Below are positions 1 through 12,106 of a DNA stretch of 40,046 nucleotides, piece by piece. The DNA lies in NCBI RefSeq assembly GCF_004010195.1, contig NC_057720.1:14000363-14040408 (forward strand), read 5' to 3'. A program made the translations under genes and the position numbers. How positions within the stretch are numbered: position 1 is the first letter of the stretch; each line of letters opens with the position of its first letter. This DNA is from Chiloscyllium plagiosum (lineage: Eukaryota). The notes under the pieces were generated by a model that worked only from the letters and a program-made list of their open reading frames with translations, made no database searches and was not told the DNA's origin.

Positions 1-377
1 TTGCCCCTTAGGTCTCTTTTATATCTTTCCCCTCTCGCCCTAAACCTATACCCTCTGGTTCTGGACTCTCCCACCCCAGGGAAGAGACTTTGTCTATTTA
101 TCCTATCCATGTCCCTCATGATTTTCTAAACCTCTATAAGGTTACCCCTCAGCCTCCGATGCTCCAGGGAAAACAGCCCCAGCCTATTCAACCCCTCCCT
201 ATAGCTCAAATCCTCCAACCCTGGTAACATCCTTGTAAATCTCTTCTGAACCCTTTCAATTTCATAGCATCCTTCCGATAGGAAGGAGACCAGAATTGCA
301 GGCAATATTGCAAAAGTGGCCTAACCAATGTCCTGTACAGCTGTAGCATGACCTTCCAACTCCTGTACTCAATACAC
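1..377 (-). mobile_element. CR1 LINE ORF2 C-terminal fragment (runs off window edge)
   Basis: ORF 206..400 encodes IEYRSWKVMLQLYRTLVRPLLQYCLQFWSP, the typical CR1 ORF2 C-terminal motif; matches other CR1 copies in the window. Confidence 0.92.
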
Positions 378-707
378 CTTCCCGTCAAGCGTGGCTCCAT
401 GTTTTCTTAACGTCTCTGGGATTTCTGGAAGGTGGTTTGGTCTCTGGGCCATAATGAGTTCCCATAACAGGTCCAGCAGATATCCCAGGTGTCTACGGCT
501 CTGTAGCCGCTGCCCCACCAGCTTCACCATGAGTCCCACTCCAGCCTCCTCTGTGATGACATCTCCTCCGCAGGCAAATGAGAACCAAATGAATAAAAAG
601 ATAAAGAAAGAACACAAAAAGGAAAGTGAAAAAAGAATCCAGCCGACTTGGAGTGGCTGGGCTCAGGAGTCCACGTGCTACCTACCTACCCAGCACAGCC
701 ATCTTGG
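378..707 (-). mobile_element. Possible 5' fragment of a LINE (Rex1/Babar- or L2-like)
   Basis: Minus strand starts CCAAGATGGC (698-707), a common LINE 5'-end motif, followed by a T-rich tract and GC-richer sequence; no diagnostic protein motif seen. Confidence 0.3.
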
Positions 708-730
708 TTGGATGAAAAGGATGAATGTTA

Positions 731-1220
731 TTCCCCTGATGTCTTGTCCAAATGTTCGTCCCCCAACCAACGTCATTAGCATAGATCACCTTACTGTTTT
801 GTGGGAGTTTGCTGTACAGAAATTGTCTGTTGTCCTTCCCATCGTCACAGTAAATGGTGAGCCAGGGCTCAGAGCTAATATAATCCAGGGGTCAGGCTAA
901 TGGATGAGGACATAGGTTAAATTCCCAACCTGGCAACTGCTGGACTTTGAATGCGGTTAATTAAGAAAACAAAGTCTGTGAAACTATCATTGAGTGTTGT
1001 AAAAGCCTATCAGGTTCACCAGTGTCCACCATGCTTCATTGAATCTGGTTTACATGTTTACACAGTTAAGTGGTACAGTCTAAACTGCTCTCAAAGGGAC
1101 AACTCAGCACAGCCATAACAATGACGCTCAGGCCCCATCAACAGCTGCACTTTGAATGTAGTTCTTTGGTTGTGAAGCCCTTTAGGGAAAGCTTGAAATC
1201 ATGAAAGAGACATCTATAGC
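731..1220 (+). mobile_element. Degenerate DeuSINE (SacSINE1-like), split by a second SINE at about 855-1140
   Basis: TGTGGGAGTTTGCTGTACAGAAATTG (about 800-826) and TTGGTTGTGAAGCCCTTTAGGG...ATGAAAG (about 1166-1207) resemble the Deu domain and its 3' tail; intervening sequence resembles the tRNA-SINE at 6001-6363. Confidence 0.55.
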
Positions 1221-2354
1221 TGAGGTGCATGGTCAAAATGACTCCAAAACAATTTCCAACTGTCCAACTATTACTTGTTTACTCATTTGTTAGAATTTAA
1301 CACATTACGGGGTTTCTGACCTGACCACAGGAAGAGCTGGTGGGGAGCACAACCTTGTGGATACCAGCTGTCCCCCAGCAGGATGCAGAATTTCGATGTA
1401 ACTATTGGTTAATCTGATTAAACTGGAGCTCCAGCAGTGTCAAAAGAAGCACTGGACATTTCTAGGACTACAGGCATTTGCGTGAGGCTATGTTCCCCAA
1501 GCCCACATGGAGGTGAGTACAGAGTGTATCACTGCAGGGATCAAGGTGAAGCCTTGTGGATGGAGGGGCAAGGAGGATATTTTCTCTATCGAAAGACTGG
1601 GAGGGGGGATAGATCCCTCATGGGAAGGGGATGGTGGGCTGACCATGTCAGGAAGCAATGCAGAGAATGGAAAGGGCGGACCCCACTTTCCCAAACTATG
1701 CTACAAGACAGTTAGTGCCTGAAAGAATTAAAGGCATCACAGGATAAGCTCCACATATCATGATCTAAAGGACTGCTTTGGGAAGGAGCCAGCCAGTTAT
1801 TCAGTTGTATCTACGTTCTGCACAGAATGTTCCAGAATGTGTGCTTACTTTGGAGAATAAACCGAGCTCTTACCAAGGGCTCTCGTGTAGTTCAGATTTT
1901 ATGTAACTAGATATTAAGTAATATGTAACAAACACATTCCATTTATTAAATCTGAGGCTATCTTCTGTTGGTGAGCATGTGTGGGCATTCTTTCTCATTT
2001 GGTATCAATAACATAGACTAACACCAACAACAAGATGAAGGTGTAGCAGTCAACCTACCAAAGCTTTCTCAGATGCTTTTGGTGGGCACAACTGCAATAC
2101 GTAATATGTTGGCAGCACTGGCATTTGTAAACAAAGCATGAATAATCTGCCAGGATCAAACCTGAGGGGGAAGTGGTTCTGGAGTGGCCAGTAATTAGGG
2201 CATGGGCAGATTGTCCCATGGCACTGGTGACTCCCTTGGAGGGGGCTGGAGAGAGGCATCAGAAAGGTTACCTTAGGAATGTTACAATTCCCAACACCAC
2301 TACCTCACCACTTCTCCCCCTTCTCCACCTAATCTGCACAGCCGTGGTCAGAGT

Positions 2355-2682
2355 TGGATTTACAAGGATGTGACCTTGGAAGGTTTGAGTTGTAAGGAGA
2401 GGCTAGGACAAAAGGCAGAGGTTTAAGATGAGAGGGGAAGGATTGAAAAGAGGACCTAAGGAGCAATTTTTTCATCCTGAGTGTGGTGCATGTGTAGAAC
2501 GAGCTCCAAAGGAAGTAGTGGAGGCGAGTACAGTTAGAACATTTAAAAGACATTGGGGCATAGCTAGGAAAGATTTAGAGGGATATGGGCCAAAGGCTGG
2601 CAAATGGGACTAGTTAAGGTTAGGAATCCTGATCAACATGGACAAGCTAGGGCCAAAGGCCTGGTTCCATGCTATGATTCTA
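2355..2682 (+). mobile_element. CR1 LINE 3' end fragment
   Basis: GGTTTAAGATGAGAGGGGAA...GGGATATGGGCCAAAGGCTGGCAAATGGGACTAG...GGGCCAAAGGCC hairpin and CTATGATTCTA tail. Confidence 0.85.
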
Positions 2683-2712
2683 CAAGAGACCAGTAAAAAT
2701 GGTGAGACAGTA

Positions 2713-3056
2713 TTTTTTTTCTTCATTCATAGGATATGGATATCATTGACTCGGCCAGCATTTATTGTCCATCCCTGGTTGCCCAGAGGGCAGTTAAGAG
2801 TCAACCACATTGCTGTGGGTCTGGAGTCACATGTAGGCCAGACCAGGTAAGGATGGCAGTTTCCTTCCCTATATACAGGGTTTTTCCAGCAATTGACAAT
2901 GGTTTCATGGTCAACGTTAGGCTCTAAATTCCAGATATTTATTGAATTCAAATTCCACCATCTGCCATGGCAGGATTCAAATCCAGTTCCCCAGAACATT
3001 TCCTGGGTCTCTGGTTTAACAGAACAGCAATAATACCACCTGACCATTTCCTTCCC
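2713..3056 (-). mobile_element. tRNA-derived SINE (shark family with LINE-derived 3' tail)
   Basis: Reverse complement of the 6001-6363 copy: GAGGGCAGTTAAGAGTCAACCACATTGCTGTGGGTCTGGAGTCACATGTAGG core and tRNA-like head. Confidence 0.88.
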
Positions 3057-4838
3057 ATGGTTAGCAACATAATGGAGCCTACGGACAGATGTCAAAAATT
3101 CAGAGGCAATGTGAGTGAAGATGCCTCAAACATCAGAACAGAGCGGAGGGTAATGGGGTGGGCCAGCGCACAAATGAACAATAAACCAGAGGTCAAAGAG
3201 CAGAGAATGGTTGAAGTGATACAGATTTGAACACAACTGGTGAGATGTATCACGTTCATGAGGTGATCTGAAAATGATTGTATGCCCAACTCCAGCCATG
3301 TTTACAACAAACAGAGAGTGGGACCGACACACGCTGTCCTACCCCCAGTATTTTAAATTCAGTGTACTCAGGGAACAACTGCCACTCCTTCACTGACAAG
3401 AAACCAGTACAGTCCATGGTTTACAGGATGCTGGTCGCTTGCCATTGGACTTGGGTAGAACTCAAGAGATTTTGAGGTACAACATGGCAATTTAAAACCA
3501 AGAGCAGTAGAACAAGTTCGCAAAAATAAGAAGGAAGAGACAGCGTCCAAAAAAACAGCTATTACCTCTGAAGCTATCCAGATATATGTATTGGATTTGC
3601 CACATTACTTGGCAAAATTGGTTGGGCTGCTGCTTCATAATTTATATAGTGAGCAGGAGTCATTTATAGCCTCATAAACTTAACTGCTCCAATGTATATC
3701 ACTAAATTAGTATAATTTCTAACATCTTGTCAGCATTGGCCAAAATTATTTTTATTATGGAAGGTTCCTAATATCTAGGTTGTGTCAAAAATTAATAGAG
3801 TACTTTTTCCTGCGATTGAGTGTTCCATCGATGTTGGCCAATGTTACTGTCCGCAGTACAACAAATGTAATATTTATACATCTTGTTCCTGCTTCTTATA
3901 AATCTTTACTTTGTTGTAATGCAGTCAAGTTGCTCTTTCAAACAAATTGGTTGTGACACAAAACAGCACCAGCTAAAGTTGAAGTAACTCAATATAAACA
4001 ACACGACAGAGCAAATAGTCTTCAATAAAGACAACTTACGTTCGCATATTATCTCAATGTGTTTCACAAAACAAATTACTCATGAATAGCAACGTCTGTC
4101 ATGTGAGAATCTTTCTTTATCTGAAGCTTATGTCAGAAAGTCTGAAAACTTTTACAATGGAGCTCTTTACTTCAGTGCCACACAGGAAAGTTAACGGGGG
4201 GAGAATCTTTGGTAGCCCCTCAACAAGTGTTAAATGCATTCATTTATTTCAGGAGTAAAGTTAGTAAATCCCAGATGCTTCTCGTTGACTCTAAATTCAA
4301 GCAAGCAAATGCTACAACCACTGCTTGTTGCTTGTAGCCTGTGGTGATTTGCCAGTGAGGCCATTGCAGACCCAATTTTCTTGAGTGCAGCTGGTGTCGG
4401 ATGTGTTTTTAGGCAAATCAGCCGTGTGGTGGGGGCCCCTTATTTCCACTGTAGAGGATTACATGGAATATACAATACTGGAACAGCTTAGCCAGTCCAT
4501 GCACGTGTTTATGCTCAATGTCAGGCTCATTCTGTCTTTCCTCATCCAAATCGATATCGGCATCAGTCTCTACTCCTTTCTCCCTCACACAATTATTTAA
4601 CCTTCCCTTAAATATTCTTCACTTCAATCATTCCCTGTTGTTCCACATTTCCACTGCTCTCCTACGAAAGAGGACTTTAGCGGAACTCAGTATTTGATTT
4701 TTTTAAATATATATATGTGGTTAATTAATGTGGATGGCCTTCCTGTTCTGCTCATCTCGTCAAGTGTAAACACTGTAGTTTTTAAGGTCTGTATTCGATC
4801 ACCCCTAAGCCTCCCCGTCACATGAGAATGGAAACACA

Positions 4839-5857
4839 GGGCAGAACTTTCTGGGCCTAGTGATGAGAATGATGATGGATTGAGAGCAGGCCAGAATCCC
4901 TCCACCTTTATCGTCTCGCCTGAATTAAGTATTGGGCGAAAGGCCCAAATCCTACTTTTTTGCTCCTCTGCCATTTGAGATTCTTAAGTGATCAATGAAC
5001 TTTTTTTATCCATTCACGGGTTGAGGGTGTACTGGTTGGGCCAGCATTTAATACCTATCCCTAATTGTCCAGAGGGCAGTTAAGAGTCAACCATTGGGTC
5101 TGGACTCACATGTAGGCCAGACCAAGTACAAATGGCTGTTTCCTTCCTTAAAGAACATTTGTGAACGAGATGGGTTTTTCCCAACAATCAATTCATGGTC
5201 ATCATTAGATTCTTAAATTCAGATTTGTATTTATTATTGAATTCAAATTCCACCTTCTGCCATGTCAGGATTCAAATTCAGAGTGCCAGAACATTAGCTG
5301 GGTCGCTGGATTAACAGTCCAGTGACAATACCACCAGACTACCACCTCCTCTTAACCGGCGAAGGACTTCATCTCCCTGGGGTTTGTAGTTATTTCAGCT
5401 CCAGGCAGGATGGGAAAGAGTCAGCCTCCCCTGGTGCATGGCAGGCTGTTTGGTTTTGGGCCTCTTTCCCAATCTGTATTAACCTGTGGGCAACTGGACT
5501 GACAGCAGAGGTCTGGCTGCTGAGGGCACATAAATCCCTTTTCCCCCGCCCCCTTTGATGCTGCAACCTATTTAGAATGGTTTGCTCCATCCAGTAAACG
5601 GAAGCTAAAAAGGCGAAGCCTCCTGCTACAATCTTTCTCAAACTCTTTACAGATAAACCCCAACCCCAAGCAGTGTGCAAAGACTCTAGTGTCTGATTCA
5701 GTTGTTGGCAGTGATGACCATTTCTCTGGCCTAGTTTCGGCAACATGATGAAGTAGTTCCTGTCCAACACAGCTGTTCTTTTTTTACACCATTTTGAAGG
5801 TTTAGGAGGCCAGTTCCCTTGCAAGGAACTGAGTGCTGCACATTTCAAATTCTAGGC
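4839..5857. mobile_element. Possible degenerate PIF/Harbinger-like non-autonomous DNA element hosting the SINE at 5000-5351
   Basis: Weak terminal inverted repeat GGGCAGAACTTT ... AAATTCTAGGCC; heavily decayed. Confidence 0.25.
5000..5351 (-). mobile_element. tRNA-derived SINE (same family as 6001-6363)
   Basis: Same core (GAGGGCAGTTAAGAGTCAACC...CACATGTAGGCCAGACC...GAATTCAAATTCCACC) with T-rich tail at the left. Confidence 0.88.
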
Positions 5858-5935
5858 CAATGTGACTATAAACCAGACGATGGAGTTAGGCGCATAAGCA
5901 ATGCAGCATTCTGTGTTTCGCTGCATCATTTTTAA

Positions 5936-7090
5936 AATGAATTCATTCATGAGGTGTGGGTATTGCTGTCTCAGCCAGCTTTTAGAACCCTTGAAAAGTT
6001 GGGGGAAGCAATGGCCGTAGTGGTATTAATTAGTTGGGCCTATTAATCCAGAGACCCAGGTCATGTTCCAGGGCACCAGGTTTGAGTCCTGCCAAGCATA
6101 TGGTGAATTTTGAATCCAATTTTTTTTTAAATTGGAATTAAGGATCTAGTGATGACCATGAGTTTGATTGTTGGAAGAACCCATCTGGTTCACTCATGTC
6201 CTTTCAGGAAGGAAACTGCCATCTTTATCTAGTCTGACCTACATGTGACTCGAGACTCTGAGAAATGTGATTGACTCTTAACTGCCCTCTGGGCAATTAG
6301 GGATGGACAATAAATGCTAACCCAGCCAGTGACATACTAATCATGTTCATTAATTTTTAAAAAATGGAGTCAACTCCTTGAATTAGTGTAGTCCTTGGGG
6401 AGTAAGGTCATCCACAGACCTTTTTGGGAGGAAGTTCCAGGATTTTGGCCCAGCGACATGCTTCCATGTCAGGATTGTGTGTGACACCCATGGAAAGGAA
6501 CTTGCAGGAGGTGGTGTTCCCATGAATCCACTGTACCTGTACTCCTAGTTTGTAGAGGTCATGGATTTGGAAGATGCTGTCATAGAGGGATTGGTGAGCT
6601 GCTGCAGTGCACCTTGTAGATGCTACACACTGCTAACACTGTGGGAAGGAAGTGAATGGTGAAGACATTAGATGGTTTGCCAATAAACTGGGATACATTG
6701 TCCTTGATGGTGTCAAAATTGAGTTATTTTCGAGCTGCATTCATCCAAGTGAGTGGGGAGTATTTCATCACACTTGTTTACATGTGTAATGTAGATAGTA
6801 AAAGTCTTTGGAAAGACCAGAGTTACTCACCTGCTCTTAGACCATAAGTCCGTAAAACATAGTTTAGTAGCTCTGAAAAGTACTTTGAAAGTTCGACTAT
6901 CTACAAAGGTCATTAATATTGTTATTATAGCACAACAATTTGATCTTGTAGCTGTTGTATTTATATAGCTAATCCTGTTCAGTTTCTAGACAATGGTAAC
7001 CCCCAGAGATATTGCTAATGAGGGATTCAGTGATTGTGAAGCTATTTAATGTCAAGGAGTGATGTTTAGATTGTCTCTTGTTGAGATTGT
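5936..7090 (-). mobile_element. CR1/L2-group LINE 3' fragment (tail donor of the SINE family), interrupted by SINE 6001-6363
   Basis: Minus-strand remnants translate to VMKYSPLTWMNAA, FDTIKDNVSQFIG and AVCSIYKVHCSSSP (ORF2 C-terminus); 3' tail at 5936-5990 resembles the SINE tail. Confidence 0.75.
6001..6363 (+). mobile_element. tRNA-derived SINE, full length
   Basis: Box A-like TGGCCGTAGTGG (6012-6023), box B-like GGTTTGAGTCC (6079-6089), conserved body, tail GGCAATTAGGGATGGACAATAAATGCT and A-rich end. Confidence 0.9.
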
Positions 7091-7502
7091 AATTTCTTAA
7101 TGCTCGTTTTTCTTCCCCTCCCACACCCCCCTACAAGGGAGCCCCTCCTCAGCCTATAATCCAGACCATTTTTCCCAAAGGCCAGATCTGCCAGTGAACA
7201 TGTAATGGAGCCAAACAAAAGTCTGAAAGTTAAACAGTTGAGTGCAAACACATCTGAAAACATTCCAACCATCTGTCTGTTGAGGTAATGGAAGGGCACA
7301 GTTAGGATGGCCTGTTGGAATAATGGTGATAGGAATGTCTCCATAGGTTACAGATCATCAGAAGAGATCAGTGGTATTACACGTTGCCTCATGGCAATAA
7401 ATACCTCCGTGCTTTAAGAAAATAACAAATGGATGTACCTGTCAATCTTCCTAAACTGCTCATTTGTCATGACATGCAAGGCTGTGGCCTGTGCTTCTAG
7501 TG

Positions 7503-7807
7503 GGGTGACAGGGTGGCTCAGTGGTTAGTACTGCTGCCTTGCCTTACTAGGGTCCTGGGATTGATTCCACCCTCGGGTGAGAGCTTGCGTGGATTCCCTT
7601 CGGGTGCTCTGGTTTCCTCCCACAGTCTGAACATGTGCAGGTTATGTGGATTGGCCACACTAAATTGTTCACCGTGTCCATGAATCTGCAGGCAAGGTGG
7701 ATTAGCAATGGGAAATGTAAGAGGTGGAAGTGGGTTGAATGCTCTTTGGAAGGCCCTGTGGGCTGAATGGCCTACTTCCATACTGTAGGAATTCTATGAT
7801 TCTATGA
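7503..7807 (+). mobile_element. HE1-type V-SINE
   Basis: GGTGGCTCAGTGGTTAG head, GGGTGCTCTGGTTTCCTCCCACAGTC V-domain, CR1-type tail ending ATTCTATGATTCTATGA. Confidence 0.88.
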
Positions 7808-9166
7808 CAGTGCTGGAAAATGGAACGAGTGTCAGTAATAGTATATTTTTGGCAGTACAGACTCAATGGGCCAAAGGGCCTTTTCACTTCTGTTTGATTG
7901 TATGAGTCACCTTCAGGTGCCTGTAAACACATAAACAAATGGTCATTTTCAATACCGTGACTGTTGCCTCTCTAGAGTGAGCTTCTTGAGTAAGATAGAG
8001 CATCCTTGACCCATACACAACCTGATCTGACTTGGGTATTTAAGAAATAGTTCTATCTTCTTGATTGACATCTCCCATTCATTCTGCAGACGTTCCCACC
8101 TGTGGAAGTGACTCATAGCCCCACACCACTTTCTTTAATAAGACCGTAGCTATTTGTACATCTCCCCATCACCTTCTGCTCCAGAATTTTGATGGTGAAG
8201 TAATTGTCCCATTATTTCTGACTTTGCTTAACTGTTGTAGTGTTTTGCAAGGTCAACCGTGTTAAGGAAAGGTTTTAGGATGTTCCAATGTAAATCATAT
8301 CGGACTGGTACATCCCCTGAGGTGTTACTCATGTAAAATTGGAAGATAAGCTGCTTTGTAAGGTTAGGAACATTATAAAACACAACTAGGGCAAAAATGG
8401 CTTTAACTGCTAACTCAAAACAGGCAAGAGCAAATCATAAGCATCCACTTCGGCCTGTAGTTCTGAAGCGTACTTTACCTGCATTGTATAATTCTAAGTG
8501 TTTAAGCATGGCAGTGTGTAACCTGGTTTCATAGTCTAATTGCTGTGCCTTGCTGAGGTCCATTATAAGCTAATTTTATCGTAAGCAGCGAGATTTTGAG
8601 GTCAATCAGAAGCCTGAGGAAAATATCAGACCCCTTTTTTAAACATTGACTCCTAAGGTTAATTAGAAATGATTTTACATTGCTGGAGGCCTTTCTCAGT
8701 AGACTATAAATCATTGGCTGTCTGTCCTTTTTTTAAACATTGACTTTAAGTGTGATACAGATGTTTGTCCATGAAGTGTGACAGGTATATCTCAAATATA
8801 TACAGCTGGATTTGAATGACGCCCAGTTGCTGACCAATATGATATGAGGCCTGAGCATACAAAAGCAACTTAAAACACCATAACCTTAAATCATTGACCC
8901 ATTCATGGGATGGAGGTTGGATACAACATGGTAACAGGTCAAGCTTGTACAACACCGTCTGAATCCACAGGGTATAATGCCAGTGTACTTCGGAAGCGCA
9001 ATCACTTCTCTGTCCACTGGAGAGTACTTATCAGCACCACGGTTAATTATTGCACAGTCAAAAAACTCAAATTGTACAGGGCCCTCCATAACTTCAGGAC
9101 ATTTTAAACCCCACTCGACAGCCAAAGAGATCTTTTTGAAACATAACAAGTGTTGTCACAAATTGT

Positions 9167-9420
9167 CGAGAGTGTGGTGCTGGAAAGGCACAGCAAGTCA
9201 GGCAGCATCCAAGGAGCAGGAGAATCGACAGTTCAGGCATAAGCCCTTCATCAGAAATTAGCAATGAATCAGATGAAGGGCTTACGCCCTCATTCCTGAT
9301 GAAGGGCTAATGCCAGACACGTTGATTCTCCTGCTCCTCGGATGCTGCCTGACCTGCTGTGCTTTTCCAGCACCACACCTTCGACTCTGATCTCCAGCAT
9401 CTGCAGTCCTCACTTTCTCC
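9167..9420 (+). mobile_element. Palindromic Penelope-derived mini-element with 14-bp TSD
   Basis: About 90-bp inverted arms; perfect flanking duplication TTGTCACAAATTGT at 9153-9166 and 9421-9434; decayed CTGATGAAGGGC hammerhead motifs. Confidence 0.85.
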
Positions 9421-9657
9421 TTGTCACAAATTGTGCACAGTGAGATCCCACAAGCAGCAGTGTGATCATTAGTGACATTGGTGGGTGAATATTGGTCAGG
9501 GTGCCAGGGAGAACATCCATGTTCTTCTTTGAAATGGCAACATGAGACTGCTGCAGTATGGCTGGCAGGGTCTTGGTTTAACAACTGATTGGAAAGAATC
9601 TACCTCCGGCATTGCTACACAACACTGGAGTGTCAGCCTGCATTTTGTGCTTGACTC

Positions 9658-10542
9658 TGTTAGAGAATAGGCCAGATTTCCCCAAACTATTTTATGGAGA
9701 TAGCCTAGACCCTAACTTTTATTTTAAAGGCAAGTTTAAACTGCTGTGCTGAAGATTTGATTCAATTGGTCCACCACCAAGCTTTAATCAAAACACACTT
9801 TATTCTTCCAATGCAATTAAAATGCAACAAAGCTACAACTTAACTCTTTTGAAATACAGTCAGTTCTGATATAACACGATACGTCCATTCTCGTGCGATC
9901 TCGATTTATAAGAAAATCGCGCAATAGCAGTGCCATTTAAACTAATGGGCCTGAAGCTGCGCTATAGCCAATAAAGGTGTAGAAAGTTCGCATTTCACAA
10001 ATAACAAGGTCTAAATTCTTCAATCACGTTAAAGCCAATTCACCTTGAAGAACATACGTACTAGAACTGGCAGTACTGAACAAGACAATGTATTATTTAA
10101 CCACTAATCACTAACTGTTCCAATATAAGCAGCATCCCATAAATAGTCTTTGGCACAAATACAATGCAGCAAAGCAGTCATTATTCTCATGTGCTGTCTC
10201 TCTCCAGTCCAGTTGAAAGAAGCGCTAAAAGAAAGAATCTGCTCCTAGTGATTTCTAAAAGAGAAACTCGCTGGCTAAGCCTTCAATCTAGCAGCAGAGA
10301 GAACTCTAGATGGTCGCTCCAGCTGCTTAACTCTCAAAACAAAAAACAAACTGAAAGCAAAACCAAACTCCTCGGGGTCTGTGTAAGCCTGACCCTACCC
10401 ACTCATGATCCTCTTAAGAAGAAGCACCCATGTAGAGCTATTTATAAACTGCCTGCCAGGAGGAGATAGCATTGTGAGAAACAAAACCCTCTGCAAGAGA
10501 AACAGGATTGAACACATCTCTTATTGGCATGGTATCACCACA
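9658..10542 (-). mobile_element. Putative solo LTR
   Basis: TG...CA termini, flanks TGACTC (9652-9657) and TGCCTC (10543-10548), minus-strand AATAAA near 9800; the host DeuSINE is continuous across it. Confidence 0.6.
9857..10073. mobile_element. Tigger/pogo-like (Tc1-mariner) MITE nested in the solo LTR
   Basis: TA|CAGTCAGTTCTG ... AGAACTGGCAG|TA: degenerate TIRs with TA duplication. Confidence 0.65.
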
Positions 10543-11544
10543 TGCCTCTAAAGTGGGGCTTGATCCTCCACTCAGAGCCCAGAGTGAGCTCTGGAGAAGA
10601 TTTGAAAAACCTTTCTTTATTGATCATATAACTGGTCAGTGAGGACTGTGTGCATCTTGTCAGTTTGTTCCCTGATCAAACAAGTGACTGGAGTGTGGAC
10701 TATGGTGGGCCCCGTTGCCTGCCTGAACATTAAGCTAATCCACAGAGCAGGGTGTGTCGTGACCTCACTGGGTGAGAGGCTGTTGGATTCTCTGGAAAGG
10801 TCAACCTTTCCAAGAAAGGCTGCTCTTGCCTTAAGAATTCTTGATCTCTTCACATTCGGCCCTAGTTTATTTCCTTTCTCCCTCCTTGCTGCATGTTAAG
10901 ATATGTCCACTTGTGCCCAAGAGAATTGAACTACCGACACCACTCAGGACTGTTTCCAGTTCATTAGCATGTGGATTTGGTACAAACTGTGCTTGTATTC
11001 AGCTCAGGTAGATGATTCTTTTAAAAGGTTGTCATTGACCATTTGTTAAGCAGTCTTAAAAGTTTTCTAAAAGGAAGCTGTTTCCGATGCAGATAAAAGG
11101 GGTTACAAAAATAAATGAACATTTTTCAAGGGAAGAAATATATTTGATGGCATGAAAAGAAACAGTCTGAAATAACAAAATAAGAACACAAGTGAACTGA
11201 CAATGATTTAAGAAATTATGGAGCAGATCAATAGTTGAGGATATAAAATGTTGTGGAATTGTTTTGTGCTGCAGGTCTTAACAGTTTCTTAGTTGATTCT
11301 TTTCCCTCTTTTTATTGTCTACCTTTCTTTGTAGACTAGCTGTTTTCTGCATGTACATATTTGTGCAGTGATCTAGTTCAGCACTCCACGACCTTCTCAA
11401 GCAATGGGTAATAAATGCTGGTTTAACCAGTGCCCAAATAGAGAAATAATTCACTTATATCAAGTGTTTTGATTGTGTAGGAAGAAAGAAACTTCGTAGC
11501 TCTGCTGGTGGAGGCCAGAGTAAAGCTTCAGCTATTCCAGAGAG

Positions 11545-11793
11545 GTGTCAGGAAGCACTTCTTCACACAAGGTTAATCTGTAAATCTGGAATTAGGAACA
11601 CAGGAGTGTGCCATTCAGTCCACTGGTCCTGAAATTCTTGCCCCAGAAGTATTATTGAGCCTAGGGATGAAATGAAAATTTTCATAAGTGAGATTAACTG
11701 GTGGAAGTGGTGTACAATAAAGATCAGACATGATCTAATTGAATGACAGAACAAGTTTACAGAGCTGAAATACCTAATCCGGCTTCTATTCCT
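11545..11793 (+). mobile_element. Old CR1 3' fragment
   Basis: AGGAAGCACTTCTTCACACAAGG...TGATCTAATTGAATGACAGAACA...CCTAATCCGGCTTCTATTCC. Confidence 0.7.
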
Positions 11794-12106
11794 GACGCTC
11801 TGTTGGGGATCAATACAACTAGTAATACATTCTGAGGAACTCATCCACTTATCACGATAGTCGAAGGAACTCCCTACAAATACCTACACAAACCTGAGTA
11901 TCTCTTCAAATATTGATACTTTTGCCAAGTAAATAGTCCTAAAATGCTGGTACACTCCTGGTACCCCTTTTAACTGTCAATACCCTCTTGGGTACCAGCC
12001 TCAAATAGCAATACACTCCTTTGCCACCCAAACCGCTCCCCACTGCCCCTCCCCCACTTTAAATATCAACACACTCTTAGATATCACTTTTGAATATTCA
12101 AAATCT

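Larger units (their letters stand above)
9078..10590 (-). mobile_element. DeuSINE (SacSINE1-like), fragmented by two insertions (9167-9420 and 9658-10542)
   Basis: GCACAGTGAGATCCCACAAGCAGCA and CACTGGAGTGTCAGCCTGCATTTTGTGCT are reverse-complement Deu-domain motifs; the head resumes at 10543-10590 (AGTGGGGCTTGA...ACTCAGAG). Confidence 0.7.

Noticed and set aside
391..900. 169-aa ORF on the + strand
   Set aside because: Crosses a putative LINE 5' fragment and a DeuSINE remnant; no recognisable domain; probably a chance ORF
4297..4340. Small imperfect inverted repeats (CAAGCAAGCA / TGCTTGTTGCTTG, GCTACAA / TTGTAGC)
   Set aside because: Too short and low-complexity for a pre-miRNA or MITE call
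6001..6095. tRNA-like box A and box B sequences (also at 7503 and 22162)
   Set aside because: These are SINE heads continuing into SINE bodies; no complete cloverleaf, so not tRNA genes
8886..9149. Overlapping short ORFs in unique sequence as a possible host exon
   Set aside because: No recognisable protein similarity, no convincing splice-site pair, and partly overlapping a SINE
11870..12060. Recurring GTACC/TACCC motifs suggesting a decayed DNA-transposon end
   Set aside because: No TIR pair or TSD could be defined
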